A stretch of DNA of 64,000 nucleotides, taken from Allosphingosinicella sp. (GTDB taxonomy: Bacteria; Pseudomonadota; Alphaproteobacteria; Sphingomonadales; Sphingomonadaceae). The translations under genes were made by a program, and so were the position numbers. Shown here piece after piece: positions 19,563-28,693 of this stretch (its first letter is position 1; each line of letters starts with the position of its first letter). The notes beneath the pieces are model-generated. The model saw only the letters and a program-made list of their open reading frames with translations, did no database searches and was not told the origin of the DNA. The stretch lies in the NCBI GenBank assembly GCA_035626655.1, contig DASPNF010000011.1. The stretch is one strand, 5' to 3'.

Positions 19563-21364
19563 CAGGCGGCCCTGCGCCGGGCGTGGATGAGGATTGCCGC
19601 CAGCGCCGCCGGCGTGACGCCCCGGATGCGGGAAGCGGCCCCCAGCGTGGCGGGCCGGGCCGCGGACAGCCGTTCGATCATTTCGTTCGAAAGACCGGGG
19701 ATGCCGGCATAATCGAGCGCGCGGGGCAGGCGCACCGCCTCGTCAGAGCGCAGGCGGGCAATCTCCTCCTCCTGCCGGGTGACATAGGGGGCGTAGCGAT
19801 GGTCCTGGATCGCCTCCTCGAGGATGTCGGGGCGAAGCGCGGCGAGCCCAGGGGCGAGGGAGATCAGCAGGGCCGCGTCCGTTTCGGGATGAAGGAGCCG
19901 CGCCGCGAGCGTCCGGCCTTCGACCTGGCGGGAGAAAATGGCCTCCACCCGCGCCCGCTCCGCACGCAGCGCCTCGAAACGGCGCTGCCGCTCCGGCGAG
20001 ACGCAGCCGGCGGCGATGGCATGGGGCGTGAGCCGCGCCGCCGCATTGTCCGCGCGCAGCCGCAGCCGGTATTCGGCGCGGGCGGTCAGCATGCGATAGG
20101 GCTCGGTCACGCCCTGCAGGACGAGGTCGTCGATCATCACGCCGATATAGGATTCGGCGCGGTCGAACAGGATCGGCGCCTTGCCCTCGGCCAAGGCGGC
20201 AGCGTTCAACCCGGCGACCAGGCCCTGCGCCGCCGCCTCCTCATAGCCGGTGGTGCCGTTGATCTGGCCGGCAAGATAGAGGCCGTCCACGTCGCGGACG
20301 CCGAGCGTCGGCTCGAGGATGCGCGGGTCGACATGGTCATATTCGACCGCATAGCCCGGCTGAAGGATCTCGGCCCGCTCCAGGCCCGCCATCGAGCGGA
20401 CCATGGCGAGCTGCACGTCCTCGGGCAAAGATGTGGAAATGCCGTTCGGATAGACGGCGGGATCGTCAAGCCCCTCAGGCTCAAGGAAGATCTGGTGGCC
20501 GTCGCGGTCGCCGAAGCGGTGGACCTTGTCCTCGATCGAGGGGCAGTAGCGGGGGCCGACGCCGCTGATCTCGCCGGCGAAGAGGGGCGAGCGGTCGAGG
20601 CTGGCGCGGATAAGGTCGTGCGTGCGGGCATTGGTGCGGGTGATCGCACAGAAGAGCTGGGGCGCGACCCGGCCCTCGCTCATCGGCGACATCGTCCAAC
20701 CCTCGTTGTCCGACTCCTGCCGCTCCAGCGCCGCCCAGTCGATCGTGCGGCCGTCGAGCCGCGGCGGCGTTCCGGTCTTCAGACGGGCGAGCGGCAATTC
20801 CAGCGCATAGAGCTGATGGGCGAGGGCGGTCGCCGCGCGCTCGCCGACGCGGCCGCCGGCGCAGCTGGTCATGCCGAAATGCAGCTTGCCGCCGAGGAAG
20901 GTGCCGGTGGCGAGGATCACTGCCCTGGCCGAGAGCGAGCGCCCGTCCGCCAGCGCCAGCCCGGTGACGCGGCGGCCCTCGAGGCGCAGCGCGCTGGCCT
21001 CTCCCTCGACGATCTCAAGCCCCGCCTGGGCATCGACCAGGGCGTGGATCGCCGCCTTGTAGCGCTTGCGGTCCGCCTGGATGCGGGGGCCACGCACGGC
21101 GGCGCCCTTGCTGGCGTTGAGCATGCGATAGTGGATCGCGGCATGGTCGGAGGCGCGCGCGATCAGGCCGTCGAAGGCGTCGACCTCGCGGATCAGATGA
21201 CCCTTGCCGAGCCCGCCCATGGCCGGGTTGCAGGACATCGCCCCGATCTGGTCGCGGCTGAAGCTGACCAGCGCCACCGCCGCGCCCATGCGCGCCGCCG
21301 CGGTCGCCGCCTCGGTGCCGGCATGGCCGCCGCCGACCACGATGATGTCATACGTCTCGCTCAC
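19562..21364 (-). CDS. mnmG: tRNA uridine 5-carboxymethylaminomethyl modification enzyme MnmG (GidA)
   Basis: [19 protein letters not shown] motif and [19 protein letters not shown] at 21364 is preferred; the ORF opens at 21406, which would swallow the parS palindrome. Confidence 0.93.
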   Translation of the reverse strand: MSETYDIIVVGGGHAGTEAATAAARMGAAVALVSFSRDQIGAMSCNPAMGGLGKGHLIREVDAFDGLIARASDHAAIHYRMLNASKGAAVRGPRIQADRKRYKAAIHALVDAQAGLEIVEGEASALRLEGRRVTGLALADGRSLSARAVILATGTFLGGKLHFGMTSCAGGRVGERAATALAHQLYALELPLARLKTGTPPRLDGRTIDWAALERQESDNEGWTMSPMSEGRVAPQLFCAITRTNARTHDLIRASLDRSPLFAGEISGVGPRYCPSIEDKVHRFGDRDGHQIFLEPEGLDDPAVYPNGISTSLPEDVQLAMVRSMAGLERAEILQPGYAVEYDHVDPRILEPTLGVRDVDGLYLAGQINGTTGYEEAAAQGLVAGLNAAALAEGKAPILFDRAESYIGVMIDDLVLQGVTEPYRMLTARAEYRLRLRADNAAARLTPHAIAAGCVSPERQRRFEALRAERARVEAIFSRQVEGRTLAARLLHPETDAALLISLAPGLAALRPDILEEAIQDHRYAPYVTRQEEEIARLRSDEAVRLPRALDYAGIPGLSNEMIERLSAARPATLGAASRIRGVTPAALAAILIHARRRAA

Positions 21365-21385
21365 GGGGCCGCGCCCTACAGCATT

Positions 21386-21401
21386 TGTTCCACGTGGAAC
21401 A
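21386..21401. other. parS site 3 (TGTTCCACGTGGAACA, perfect palindrome)
   Basis: Lies in the 38-nt gap between the mnmE stop (21403) and the preferred mnmG GTG start (21364). Confidence 0.85.
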
Positions 21402-21402
21402 C

Positions 21403-22704
21403 TCACTTCCCGATGCAGAAGCGGCCGAACAGGGCGTCAAGCATGTCCTCGACCCCCGCTTTGCCCGTGACCCGGTCCAGCGCGGCCCGGGCGGTGCGCA
21501 GCGCCTCCGCGGCGATGATCAGGTCGGGCGAGGTTGCATCGGCCAGGGCCGCGGCCGCCTCGGCGATCGCTTTCCGATGACGCGCATTGAGCGCAATCTC
21601 GCCCGGGACCGGCAAGAGATCAGCGGCACGCGCCTGGAGCAGTGCGACCAATTCGCCGAGACCCTCGCCGGTGACGACCGAGGTGGCGAGCTCCGCGTCG
21701 GCCGGCGCCGGCGCCAGGTCCGCCCTGGCGTGGAGCCGGATCGCCCCCGCCGGCGCCTCGTCCGGCGGCCCGAGCCAGATGATGATGTCCGCCCCGGCGA
21801 GCGAGGCGCGGGCGCGGTCGACGCCGATCGTCTCAACCACATCCGCGGTCTCGCGCAGTCCGGCCGTATCGGTCAGCAGGAACGGCGTGCCGCCAATCGC
21901 GACGGGCGCCTCCACCAGATCGCGCGTCGTTCCCGGAAGATCCGTCACGATCGCCGCTTCGCGACCCACCAACGCATTGAGAAGACTGGACTTTCCAGCA
22001 TTCGGCGGCCCCGCGATGACAACCCGGACACCGTCCTTGAGCCGCTCGGCGCCCGGACGCGCCACTGCCTCCGCCATCTCCTCCCGCAACGCCGCCAGCC
22101 GCGGCTCGAAATCGGCCGGCAAGGGCGCGACGTCGCCCTCGTCGGAGAAATCAAGCGCCGCCTCGATCTGGGCGGACAAGGCCAGCAATTGCTCCTGCCA
22201 CGCCGCGACCTGCCGGCTCAGCCGTCCGCCCATCAGGGCGAGCGCGGCCCGGCGCTGGCCCTCGGTCTCCGCCATGAGCAGGTCGCCCAGCCCCTCGGCC
22301 TCGGCCAGGTCGAGCGCGCCATTCTCGAAGGCGCGCCGGGTGAACTCGCCGGGCAGGGCCGCCCTTAGCCCCTCCATCGCCCCGAGCGCGCCGAGCGCCC
22401 GCGCGATCAATGCGCGGCCGCCATGGAGATGCAGCTCGGCGACATCCTCGCCGGTCGCGCTCTTCGGCCCCGGCAGCCAGAGAATAACTGAATTATCAAG
22501 CAGTTGACCGTCAACACGGAGCTTGCGGAAGGTCGCGACCCGCGGCTCGGGCAGACGGCGGGCCAGGGCGGCGAGCGCGGCGCCGGCCCGCGGCCCGCTG
22601 ATCCGGACGATTGCGACCCCGGCCGGCGGCGCGCCCGAGGACAGAGCGAAGATCGTGTCCCTCAGCGCGGCGCCTTCCCCATCTGGTCGAGCATCTGCTT
22701 CCAC
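21403..22704 (-). CDS. mnmE: tRNA modification GTPase MnmE (TrmE)
   Basis: [10 protein letters not shown]-terminus, [15 protein letters not shown]1 motif and C-terminal FCIGK. No ATG near the conserved N-terminus: candidates are GTG 22704 or CTG 22665 (see finding). Confidence 0.9.
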   Translation of the reverse strand: MEADARPDGEGAALRDTIFALSSGAPPAGVAIVRISGPRAGAALAALARRLPEPRVATFRKLRVDGQLLDNSVILWLPGPKSATGEDVAELHLHGGRALIARALGALGAMEGLRAALPGEFTRRAFENGALDLAEAEGLGDLLMAETEGQRRAALALMGGRLSRQVAAWQEQLLALSAQIEAALDFSDEGDVAPLPADFEPRLAALREEMAEAVARPGAERLKDGVRVVIAGPPNAGKSSLLNALVGREAAIVTDLPGTTRDLVEAPVAIGGTPFLLTDTAGLRETADVVETIGVDRARASLAGADIIIWLGPPDEAPAGAIRLHARADLAPAPADAELATSVVTGEGLGELVALLQARAADLLPVPGEIALNARHRKAIAEAAAALADATSPDLIIAAEALRTARAALDRVTGKAGVEDMLDALFGRFCIGK

Positions 22705-22895
22705 ATGTTCATGCCCGCCTCGTTCATCGGCCCCCAGGCCTTCATCATCTCGCCGAACATCTCCGGGGCGGCGCCGTCGGTGACCGCCGCCTTCATCTTC
22801 TCGACATAGGCCTCGTGGACGGGGCTGAGATCGGGCAGGCCAAGGAAGCGGCGGGCCTCCTCGGGCGTGCAATCGACGTCGACCGATACTTTCAT
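22662..22895 (-). CDS. Small conserved hypothetical protein (77 aa, DUF6489-like)
   Basis: ATG at 22895 (MKVSVDVDCTPEEARRFLGLPD...), Met/Lys-rich C-terminus. Its stop overlaps the mnmE start region. The family name is from memory and not verified. Confidence 0.55.
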   Translation of the reverse strand: MKVSVDVDCTPEEARRFLGLPDLSPVHEAYVEKMKAAVTDGAAPEMFGEMMKAWGPMNEAGMNMWKQMLDQMGKAPR

Positions 22896-22970
22896 GAGCC
22901 TCTCCTCATGCCTGTTGGCTGGCGTGGCTCTAGGTCTATAGGGGCGCGACTCGCAAGTGGAGGACGCGTC

Positions 22971-23669
22971 ATGCCCCTGATTTCGATCGAGACCCTCGAC
23001 CATGACGGCAGCTTCAATGCCTGGCTCGCCGAGCCGGAGGGCACGCCCAGGGGCGCGATCGTCGTCATCCAGGAGATTTTCGGGGTGAATCCCGGCATCC
23101 GCGCCAAATGCGACCATTGGGCAAGCCTGGGCTATCTCGGCCTCGCGCCCGATCTGTTCTGGCGAATCCAGCAAGGGGTCGAGCTCGACCCCGACGTGCC
23201 CGAGCAGTTCCAGGAGGCGCTCGCCCTGATGCAGAAGCTCGACCAGGACAGGGCGATCGCCGACATCGAGGCCTGCATCCGCGCGGCACGGTCTCGCCTT
23301 CCCGAGGGGGCGAGGGTCGGCGCGGTCGGCTATTGCCTCGGCGGCCGGCTCGCCTTCATGACCGCCGCGCGCACCGACGTCGACGCGTCGGTCGGCTATT
23401 ATGGGGTGATGCTCGAGGCATTGCTCGGCGAGAAACACGCCATTGCCCGGCCGCTCATGCTCCATATCGCCGGCGCCGACCACTTCGTGACGCCCGACAA
23501 GCAGGCGCTGATTCATGAAGGCCTGGACGATCATCCGCGGGTGACGCTCTACGATTATCCGGGCGAGGATCACGGCTTTGCCACGGAAGCGGGCGACCGG
23601 CGGAGCGAGGCCGCGGCGCAGCTGGCCGACAGCCGCACCGAGGCCTTCTTTGCCGAGCATGTGGGCTAG
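22971..23669 (+). CDS. Dienelactone hydrolase family protein
   Basis: IVVIQEIFGVN, nucleophile-elbow-like GYCLGG and C-terminal DHGF. Internal ATG at 22971. Confidence 0.85.
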   Translation: MPLISIETLDHDGSFNAWLAEPEGTPRGAIVVIQEIFGVNPGIRAKCDHWASLGYLGLAPDLFWRIQQGVELDPDVPEQFQEALALMQKLDQDRAIADIEACIRAARSRLPEGARVGAVGYCLGGRLAFMTAARTDVDASVGYYGVMLEALLGEKHAIARPLMLHIAGADHFVTPDKQALIHEGLDDHPRVTLYDYPGEDHGFATEAGDRRSEAAAQLADSRTEAFFAEHVG

Positions 23670-23835
23670 AGGGCGCTCAACCCCTCAGCGCGCCTTGCGC
23701 GTTGCCCAGATCAGGAAGCGCGCCCAGAAGGCGCATTGAGCGCAATCCTGGGCGGCGCGTGCGTTCTGTGTCCCCATGGGCGCCAGACTAAGCCCGGGCC
23801 CATTGCAGTTTCAAGACAGTCCTGAAGCGCGCCGT

Positions 23836-24525
23836 CTAGTGGGCGAGGCGGGCTGCCGCGTCCGGCCAGATATATTGCAGCAGGCCGACATTGTGGTCGA
23901 CGAAGCCCTCGTAGATCATCTTGCCGGCCACCCAGAGGATGACGAGCAGGCCGATCCAGGCGATCCAGCGATAGCGATCGATATATTTGGCGATGAGGTT
24001 CGCGGCGAGGCCCATCAGGGCGACCGAGAGCAGCAGCCCGATCATCAGGATGCCGGGATGCTCGCGCGCGGCGCCGGCGACGGCCAGCACATTGTCGAGG
24101 CTCATCGAGACGTCCGCGACCGCCACCGCCCAGGCGGCGCCGGCGAAGCTCTTGGCCGGGCGCAGGCCCGAAGCCTCGTTCCCCTCGGTCGCGGGATCGT
24201 CGGGCACATGCCTGATCTCGCGGTACATCTTCCAGGCCACCCAGAGCAGCAGGATGCCGCCGGCGAGGATCAGGCCGACGATCTGCATCAGCTGGGTCAC
24301 CATCAAGGCGAAGATGATGCGGAGCACCAGAGCGGCGAGGATGCCGATCATGATGACCTTCTTGCGCTGGTCGGCGGGCAGGCCCGCGGCCAGCGCGCCG
24401 ACGACGATCGCATTGTCGCCGGCGAGCATGACGTCGATCATCAGCACCTGGCCGAAGGCCGCCAAAGCCGCCGGATCGCTCAGGTTGCTGAAGTCGTGGA
24501 CGATCGCGTTCCAGAGCTCGAGCAT
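23836..24525 (-). CDS. TerC/YjbE-family integral membrane protein
   Basis: Multiple TM helices with MLAGDNAIVVG and SLDNVLAVAG repeats. ATG at 24525 preceded by GGGGAGG is preferred over TTG at 24537. Confidence 0.85.
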   Translation of the reverse strand: MLELWNAIVHDFSNLSDPAALAAFGQVLMIDVMLAGDNAIVVGALAAGLPADQRKKVIMIGILAALVLRIIFALMVTQLMQIVGLILAGGILLLWVAWKMYREIRHVPDDPATEGNEASGLRPAKSFAGAAWAVAVADVSMSLDNVLAVAGAAREHPGILMIGLLLSVALMGLAANLIAKYIDRYRWIAWIGLLVILWVAGKMIYEGFVDHNVGLLQYIWPDAAARLAH

Positions 24526-24549
24526 GTGCCTCCCCAACCCTCGATGGGC

Positions 24550-25806
24550 TTACTGGTTCATCGAGGCGAAGAAGTCCTCGTTGGTCTTCGAATCCTTCAT
24601 CTTGTCGAGCAGGAACTGCATGGCGTCGACCGTGCCCATCTGCATGAGGATGCGGCGGAGGACCCACATCTTCGAGAGCGTGCCCTGCTCGACGAGCAAT
24701 TCCTCCTTGCGGGTGCCGGACTTGCCGACGTCGAGCGCCGGGAAGATGCGCTTGTCGCTGACCTTGCGGTCGAGCACGATCTCGGAATTGCCGGTGCCCT
24801 TGAACTCCTCGAAGATCACCTCGTCCATCTTGGAGCCGGTGTCGATGAGCGCGGTGGCGATGATCGAGAGCGAGCCGCCTTCCTCGATGTTGCGGGCGGC
24901 GCCGAAGAAGCGCTTCGGTCGCTGCAGCGCATTGGCGTCGACGCCGCCGGTCAGCACCTTGCCCGAGCTCGGCACCACCGTGTTGTAGGCGCGGCCGAGG
25001 CGGGTGATGGAATCGAGCAGGATGACGACGTCCTTCTTGTGCTCGACGAGACGCTTGGCTTTCTCGATCACCATCTCGGCGACCTGGACGTGACGGCTGG
25101 CCGGCTCGTCGAAGGTCGAGGAGATGACCTCGCCCTTCACCGAGCGCTGCATGTCGGTGACCTCCTCGGGCCGCTCGTCGATCAGCAGCACGATCAGGAA
25201 GACCTCGGGATGATTGTCGGTGATCGCCCGGGCGATGTTCTGCAGCAGCACGGTCTTGCCGGTACGCGGCGGCGCCACGATCAGGGCGCGCTGGCCCTTG
25301 CCCTGCGGAGAGATGATGTCGATCACCCGCGCCGAGCGGTCCTTGATCGTCGGATCGGCGCTGTCGAGGGTCAGCTTCTCGTCGGGATAGAGCGGGGTGA
25401 GATTGTCGAAATTGACGCGGTGGCGGACGGCGTCGGGATCGTCATAATTGACCTGGGTGACGCGGACGAGGCTGAAATAGCGCTCGCCCTCCTTGGGGCC
25501 GCGAATCTCGCCCTCGACCGTGTCGCCGGTGCGGAGGCCGAACTTGCGGACCTGGTTGGGAGAGACGTAGATGTCGTCGGGGCCGGCCAGATAGTTGGAA
25601 TCGGCGGAGCGCAGGAAGCCGAAGCCGTCCTGCAGCACCTCGATCGTGCCCTGCCCCATGATCTCGTTGCCGCTGTCGGCGCGGACCTTGAGGATCGAGA
25701 ACATCAGCTCCTGCTTGCGCAGCGTCGATGCGCCCTCGACGCCCAGCTCCTCGGCCATGGCGACCAGCTCGGCGGGGGTCTTCTGCTTGAGGTCGTTCAA
25801 ATGCAT
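24550..25806 (-). CDS. rho: Transcription termination factor Rho
   Basis: [16 protein letters not shown]-terminus, RNA-binding domain, Walker A PPRTGKT, 418 aa. Confidence 0.96.
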   Translation of the reverse strand: MHLNDLKQKTPAELVAMAEELGVEGASTLRKQELMFSILKVRADSGNEIMGQGTIEVLQDGFGFLRSADSNYLAGPDDIYVSPNQVRKFGLRTGDTVEGEIRGPKEGERYFSLVRVTQVNYDDPDAVRHRVNFDNLTPLYPDEKLTLDSADPTIKDRSARVIDIISPQGKGQRALIVAPPRTGKTVLLQNIARAITDNHPEVFLIVLLIDERPEEVTDMQRSVKGEVISSTFDEPASRHVQVAEMVIEKAKRLVEHKKDVVILLDSITRLGRAYNTVVPSSGKVLTGGVDANALQRPKRFFGAARNIEEGGSLSIIATALIDTGSKMDEVIFEEFKGTGNSEIVLDRKVSDKRIFPALDVGKSGTRKEELLVEQGTLSKMWVLRRILMQMGTVDAMQFLLDKMKDSKTNEDFFASMNQ

Positions 25807-25999
25807 GTCGGGTAACTCTTGAAAATACGGATTCCGGGCGTGGGAGCTCGGAGATTCGGGAGAATGTGGCGGCTTGAACACCCGCGCGGACGGCAGGCTA
25901 ACGACTGTTCTGGCCGTTATGCTCCGCCCCTGGGCAAGTCAAGCCGAGCGAATGGAGGGCCGCTCCGGCTTTCGCCGGGACGACGCGGCGACAGGCCGG

Positions 26000-26455
26000 T
26001 CAGAAGGGCCGGACGATCACCAGGACGACGATCAGCACCACGGCGAGGCCGGGGACCTCGTTCATGATCCTGAGCGCCTTGCCGGAGACCGGGCGGATGC
26101 CCCGCTCCAGCTTCTTGCCATAGTCGACCATCCAGCCGTGATAGCCGGAGAGCAGGACGACGATGGCGAACTTGGCGAGGAACCAGGGCTGGGTCCAGGC
26201 GCCGATCGTGTGGGCGAGCAGCAGGCCGAAGAGCCAGACCAGGATCATCGCGGGGGTGATGATGATCTTGCGCAGCTTCTTCTCGCGCTCGATCCACCGT
26301 CGCTCCTCGTCCGAGCCCGGCGCGCTCTCCTGGTGATAGACGTAGAAGCGCGGGAGCATGAACAGCCCCGCGACCCAGAAGATCACGAAGATGATGTGGC
26401 CGGCCTTGAGCCAGGGATAGAGCAAGATCAGAACCGTTTCGAAGCTGTCGATCAC
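26000..26455 (-). CDS. hemJ: Protoporphyrinogen IX oxidase HemJ (UPF0093/CopD-like)
   Basis: Four TM helices, WLKAGHIIFVIFWVAGLFMLPRFYVYH, and a 4-nt overlap with the hemE stop. Confidence 0.8.
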   Translation of the reverse strand: MIDSFETVLILLYPWLKAGHIIFVIFWVAGLFMLPRFYVYHQESAPGSDEERRWIEREKKLRKIIITPAMILVWLFGLLLAHTIGAWTQPWFLAKFAIVVLLSGYHGWMVDYGKKLERGIRPVSGKALRIMNEVPGLAVVLIVVLVIVRPF

Positions 26456-27501
26456 GCCGCTCGCCCGGACGGCGACCGCCGCACCAGCTCAAGGAGCCGC
26501 TCGACATGGGCGATCGGGGTTTCCTTGATGATGCCGTGACCCAGGTTGAAGATATGCGGCCTCCCCGCGAGGCTAGATAGGATGCGCGCCACCGCCTTTT
26601 CAAGCGCCTCCCCGCCGGCCAGCAAGGCGAGCGGATCGAGATTGCCCTGCACGGGCAGGTCGGCGGGCAGCACAGAATCGGCCCAGGCGGGATCGACCGT
26701 CTCGTCGAGCCCGATCGCGTCGACCCCGGTTTCGCGCGCATAAGCGGCGAGCTTCGCGCCGGCGCCCTTGGGAAAGCCGATCACCGGGATGTGGGGATGC
26801 CGCGCCTTCAGCGCCGCGACGATCCGCGCGGTGGGCGCGATCACCCATGATTCGAACTGCGCGGGGGCGAGGCTGCCGGACCAGCTGTCGAACAATTGCA
26901 CGGCCTCGACCCCGGCCTCGATCTGGCCGGAGAGATAGTCGACGGTCATCGCCTCGATCGCGCCGATGATCTCGGCGAAGGCGCCCGGATCGGCATATGC
27001 GGCCTGCCGCGCCTCCGCCTGGTCGCGACTGCCCTGGCCCGCCACCATATAGGTCGCGACCGTCCAGGGGCTGCCCGCAAAGCCGAGGAAGGTGGTTTCC
27101 GCCGGGAGCGCGGCCTTCACTTTCTCCACAGTCCGGTAGACGGGCTCGAGACGGGCCGGCACAGCCGTCAGCCCGCTCAGCACAGCGTCGGTCAAAGGCG
27201 GCGACAGACGCGGACCCTCGCCTGCCTCGAAGCGCAGATCCTGGCCGAGGGCATAAGGCACGATCAATATGTCCGAGAACAGGATCGCCCCGTCGAAGCC
27301 GAAACGGGCGATCGGCTGGAGCGTGACCTCCGCCGCGGCCTCGTGATCGTTGACGAGCTCGAGAAAGCCGCCCTTCGCCGCCCTCAGCGCCCGATATTCG
27401 GGCAGGTAGCGTCCGGCCTGACGCATCAGCCAGATCGGAATAATATCGCTTTTTCCACCGCTTAGCACGTGGAGCAAGGGCTTGTGAGGCGCGAGCGTCA
27501 A
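26452..27501 (-). CDS. hemE: Uroporphyrinogen decarboxylase
   Basis: IWLMRQAGRYLPEYR signature. The only plausible start near the conserved N-terminus is TTG at 27501, giving 349 aa; upstream of it, ORF 26452..27957 only extends into the AT-rich intergenic region (artefactual extension). Confidence 0.92.
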   Translation of the reverse strand: MTLAPHKPLLHVLSGGKSDIIPIWLMRQAGRYLPEYRALRAAKGGFLELVNDHEAAAEVTLQPIARFGFDGAILFSDILIVPYALGQDLRFEAGEGPRLSPPLTDAVLSGLTAVPARLEPVYRTVEKVKAALPAETTFLGFAGSPWTVATYMVAGQGSRDQAEARQAAYADPGAFAEIIGAIEAMTVDYLSGQIEAGVEAVQLFDSWSGSLAPAQFESWVIAPTARIVAALKARHPHIPVIGFPKGAGAKLAAYARETGVDAIGLDETVDPAWADSVLPADLPVQGNLDPLALLAGGEALEKAVARILSSLAGRPHIFNLGHGIIKETPIAHVERLLELVRRSPSGRAA

Positions 27502-27520
27502 GTCGGAGGGCTCCGCTCTC

Positions 27521-27550
27521 TTATCCTTAAATATATATTTATAAGAGAGT
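27521..27550. other. AT-rich block (candidate DNA unwinding element)
   Basis: ttatccttaaatatatatttataagagagt is 25/30 A+T in a high-GC genome. It includes TTAA-N7-TTTA (27527-27541), which resembles a CtrA half-consensus. Confidence 0.6.
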
Positions 27551-27665
27551 CTGTTGATGTTGATAGGCGGTGGACGAACGGGGTTTATTGCCTCGCACAA
27601 ATTTTGCCAACAGCTTGACTCCCCCGCAGGCGCGCATTCCCGCGGATTCGCCCCGGCCATCCCCG

Positions 27666-27674
27666 TTTTCCACA
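27666..27674 (+). promoter_or_regulatory. DnaA-box-like 9-mer TTTTCCACA
   Basis: One mismatch to TTATCCACA. Confidence 0.55.
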
Positions 27675-27709
27675 TCGGACCGGTGGATTTTTTCCCATGT
27701 TCGCGGCGC

Positions 27710-27718
27710 TGTGGATGA
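27710..27718 (-). promoter_or_regulatory. DnaA-box-like 9-mer TCATCCACA (complement of TGTGGATGA)
   Basis: One mismatch to TTATCCACA. Confidence 0.55.
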
Positions 27719-27789
27719 AACGGCCCGGAGCGTGGACGAATTCCGTCCCTGGCTTTGCCCCGAGCCTTAAGCCGGGCATTTCCCCAAGG

Positions 27790-27798
27790 TTTTCCACA
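27790..27798 (+). promoter_or_regulatory. DnaA-box-like 9-mer TTTTCCACA
   Basis: One mismatch to TTATCCACA; identical to the box at 27666. Confidence 0.55.
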
Positions 27799-27868
27799 GC
27801 GAATGACTCTTTCGTGATCGCGCCTTTGCGTCGTAAGACCCGTGGCCGAACCTGCCGAAGGCGCGCCG

Positions 27869-28693
27869 TTGAAACAGCTCCATCTGCATCTCCTCTCGGA
27901 TTCCACCGGCGAGACGCTGGACATGGTCGCCAAGGCCTGCCTCGCCCAGTTCGACAATGTCGAGGCGCTGCATCATCTCTGGCCGATGGTCCGCTCCGAG
28001 GGCCATCTCGACCGCGTGCTCGACGATGTCGAGCGGCGGCCGGGGCTGGTCCTGTACACGGTCGTCAACCGCGAGATCCGCCGCGAGCTCGAGCGCAAAT
28101 GCCGGCAGCGCGGGATCAACGCGGTTTCGGTGCTCGATCCGGTGATCGACGCGCTCTCGGCGGTGAGCGGCGAGGCGGCGAAAGGCAGGGCCGGGCGGCA
28201 GCACGCGCTCGACGCCGCCTATTTCGCCCGCGTCGACGCGATCCAGTTCACCATCGCGCATGACGACGGCGTCGGCTCGGAGAATTGGGAGGAGGCCGAC
28301 ATCATCCTCGCCGGCGTCTCGCGCACCTCGAAGACGCCGACCTCCATCTATCTCGCCAATCGCGGCTTCAAGGTCGCGAACGTGCCGCTCGTGCCGGAAT
28401 CGCCGCCGCCGGCGGTACTCTACGGTCTCAGGCACCCGATGATCGTCGGCCTCACCACCAATATCGAGAGACTGATCCAGATCCGCCGCAACCGCCTGCT
28501 TTCGCTGAATCAGGTGCCGGAGACCGATTATGTGGACAATGAGGCGGTCAATGCCGAGCTGGCCTTCGCGCGGCGGATGTTCGCCGACAATGGCTGGCCC
28601 GTGATCGACGTCACCCGCCGCTCGATCGAGGAGACCGCGCTCGCCATCGTCAAGCTCTGCGCCGAGCGCAGCGAGCAGGCCGAAGGCCAGTGA
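27869..28693 (+). CDS. Kinase/pyrophosphorylase (DUF299; PEP synthase / PPDK regulatory protein family)
   Basis: LHLHLLSDSTGETL N-terminus and P-loop-like GVSRTSKTPTS. TTG at 27869 (GAAGG 7 nt upstream) is preferred; the ORF opens at GTG 27842. Confidence 0.88.
   Translation: MKQLHLHLLSDSTGETLDMVAKACLAQFDNVEALHHLWPMVRSEGHLDRVLDDVERRPGLVLYTVVNREIRRELERKCRQRGINAVSVLDPVIDALSAVSGEAAKGRAGRQHALDAAYFARVDAIQFTIAHDDGVGSENWEEADIILAGVSRTSKTPTSIYLANRGFKVANVPLVPESPPPAVLYGLRHPMIVGLTTNIERLIQIRRNRLLSLNQVPETDYVDNEAVNAELAFARRMFADNGWPVIDVTRRSIEETALAIVKLCAERSEQAEGQ

Larger units (their letters stand above)
27502..27868. other. Probable chromosomal replication origin (hemE-linked alphaproteobacterial oriC)
   Basis: Intergenic between hemE and the DUF299-maf-aroE-coaE-dnaQ block. 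Contains an AT-rich block, DnaA-box-like 9-mers and four GANTC sites, and gene strand polarity switches here (see finding). Confidence 0.7.

Noticed and set aside
23670-23835. 166-bp convergent spacer between the dienelactone hydrolase and terC with partial inverted repeats (GGCGCTCAA / TTGAGCGC), considered as an sRNA.
   Set aside because: The stems are short and imperfect, with no U-tract or promoter-like sequence that I could defend. It is most simply two overlapping weak terminator structures.
24526-24549. Looked for a yybP-ykoY (manganese) riboswitch upstream of the TerC-family gene.
   Set aside because: Only 24 nt separate the preferred terC start from the rho stop, too short for the roughly 100-nt riboswitch. 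The gene is probably read through from rho.
27471-27490. CACGTG core (ttagCACGTGgagc) inside the hemE 5' end, considered as a fourth parS site next to the origin.
   Set aside because: The flanks do not match TGTTNCACGTGAAACA, with several mismatches in each arm. It simply encodes ...LHVLS... of HemE.
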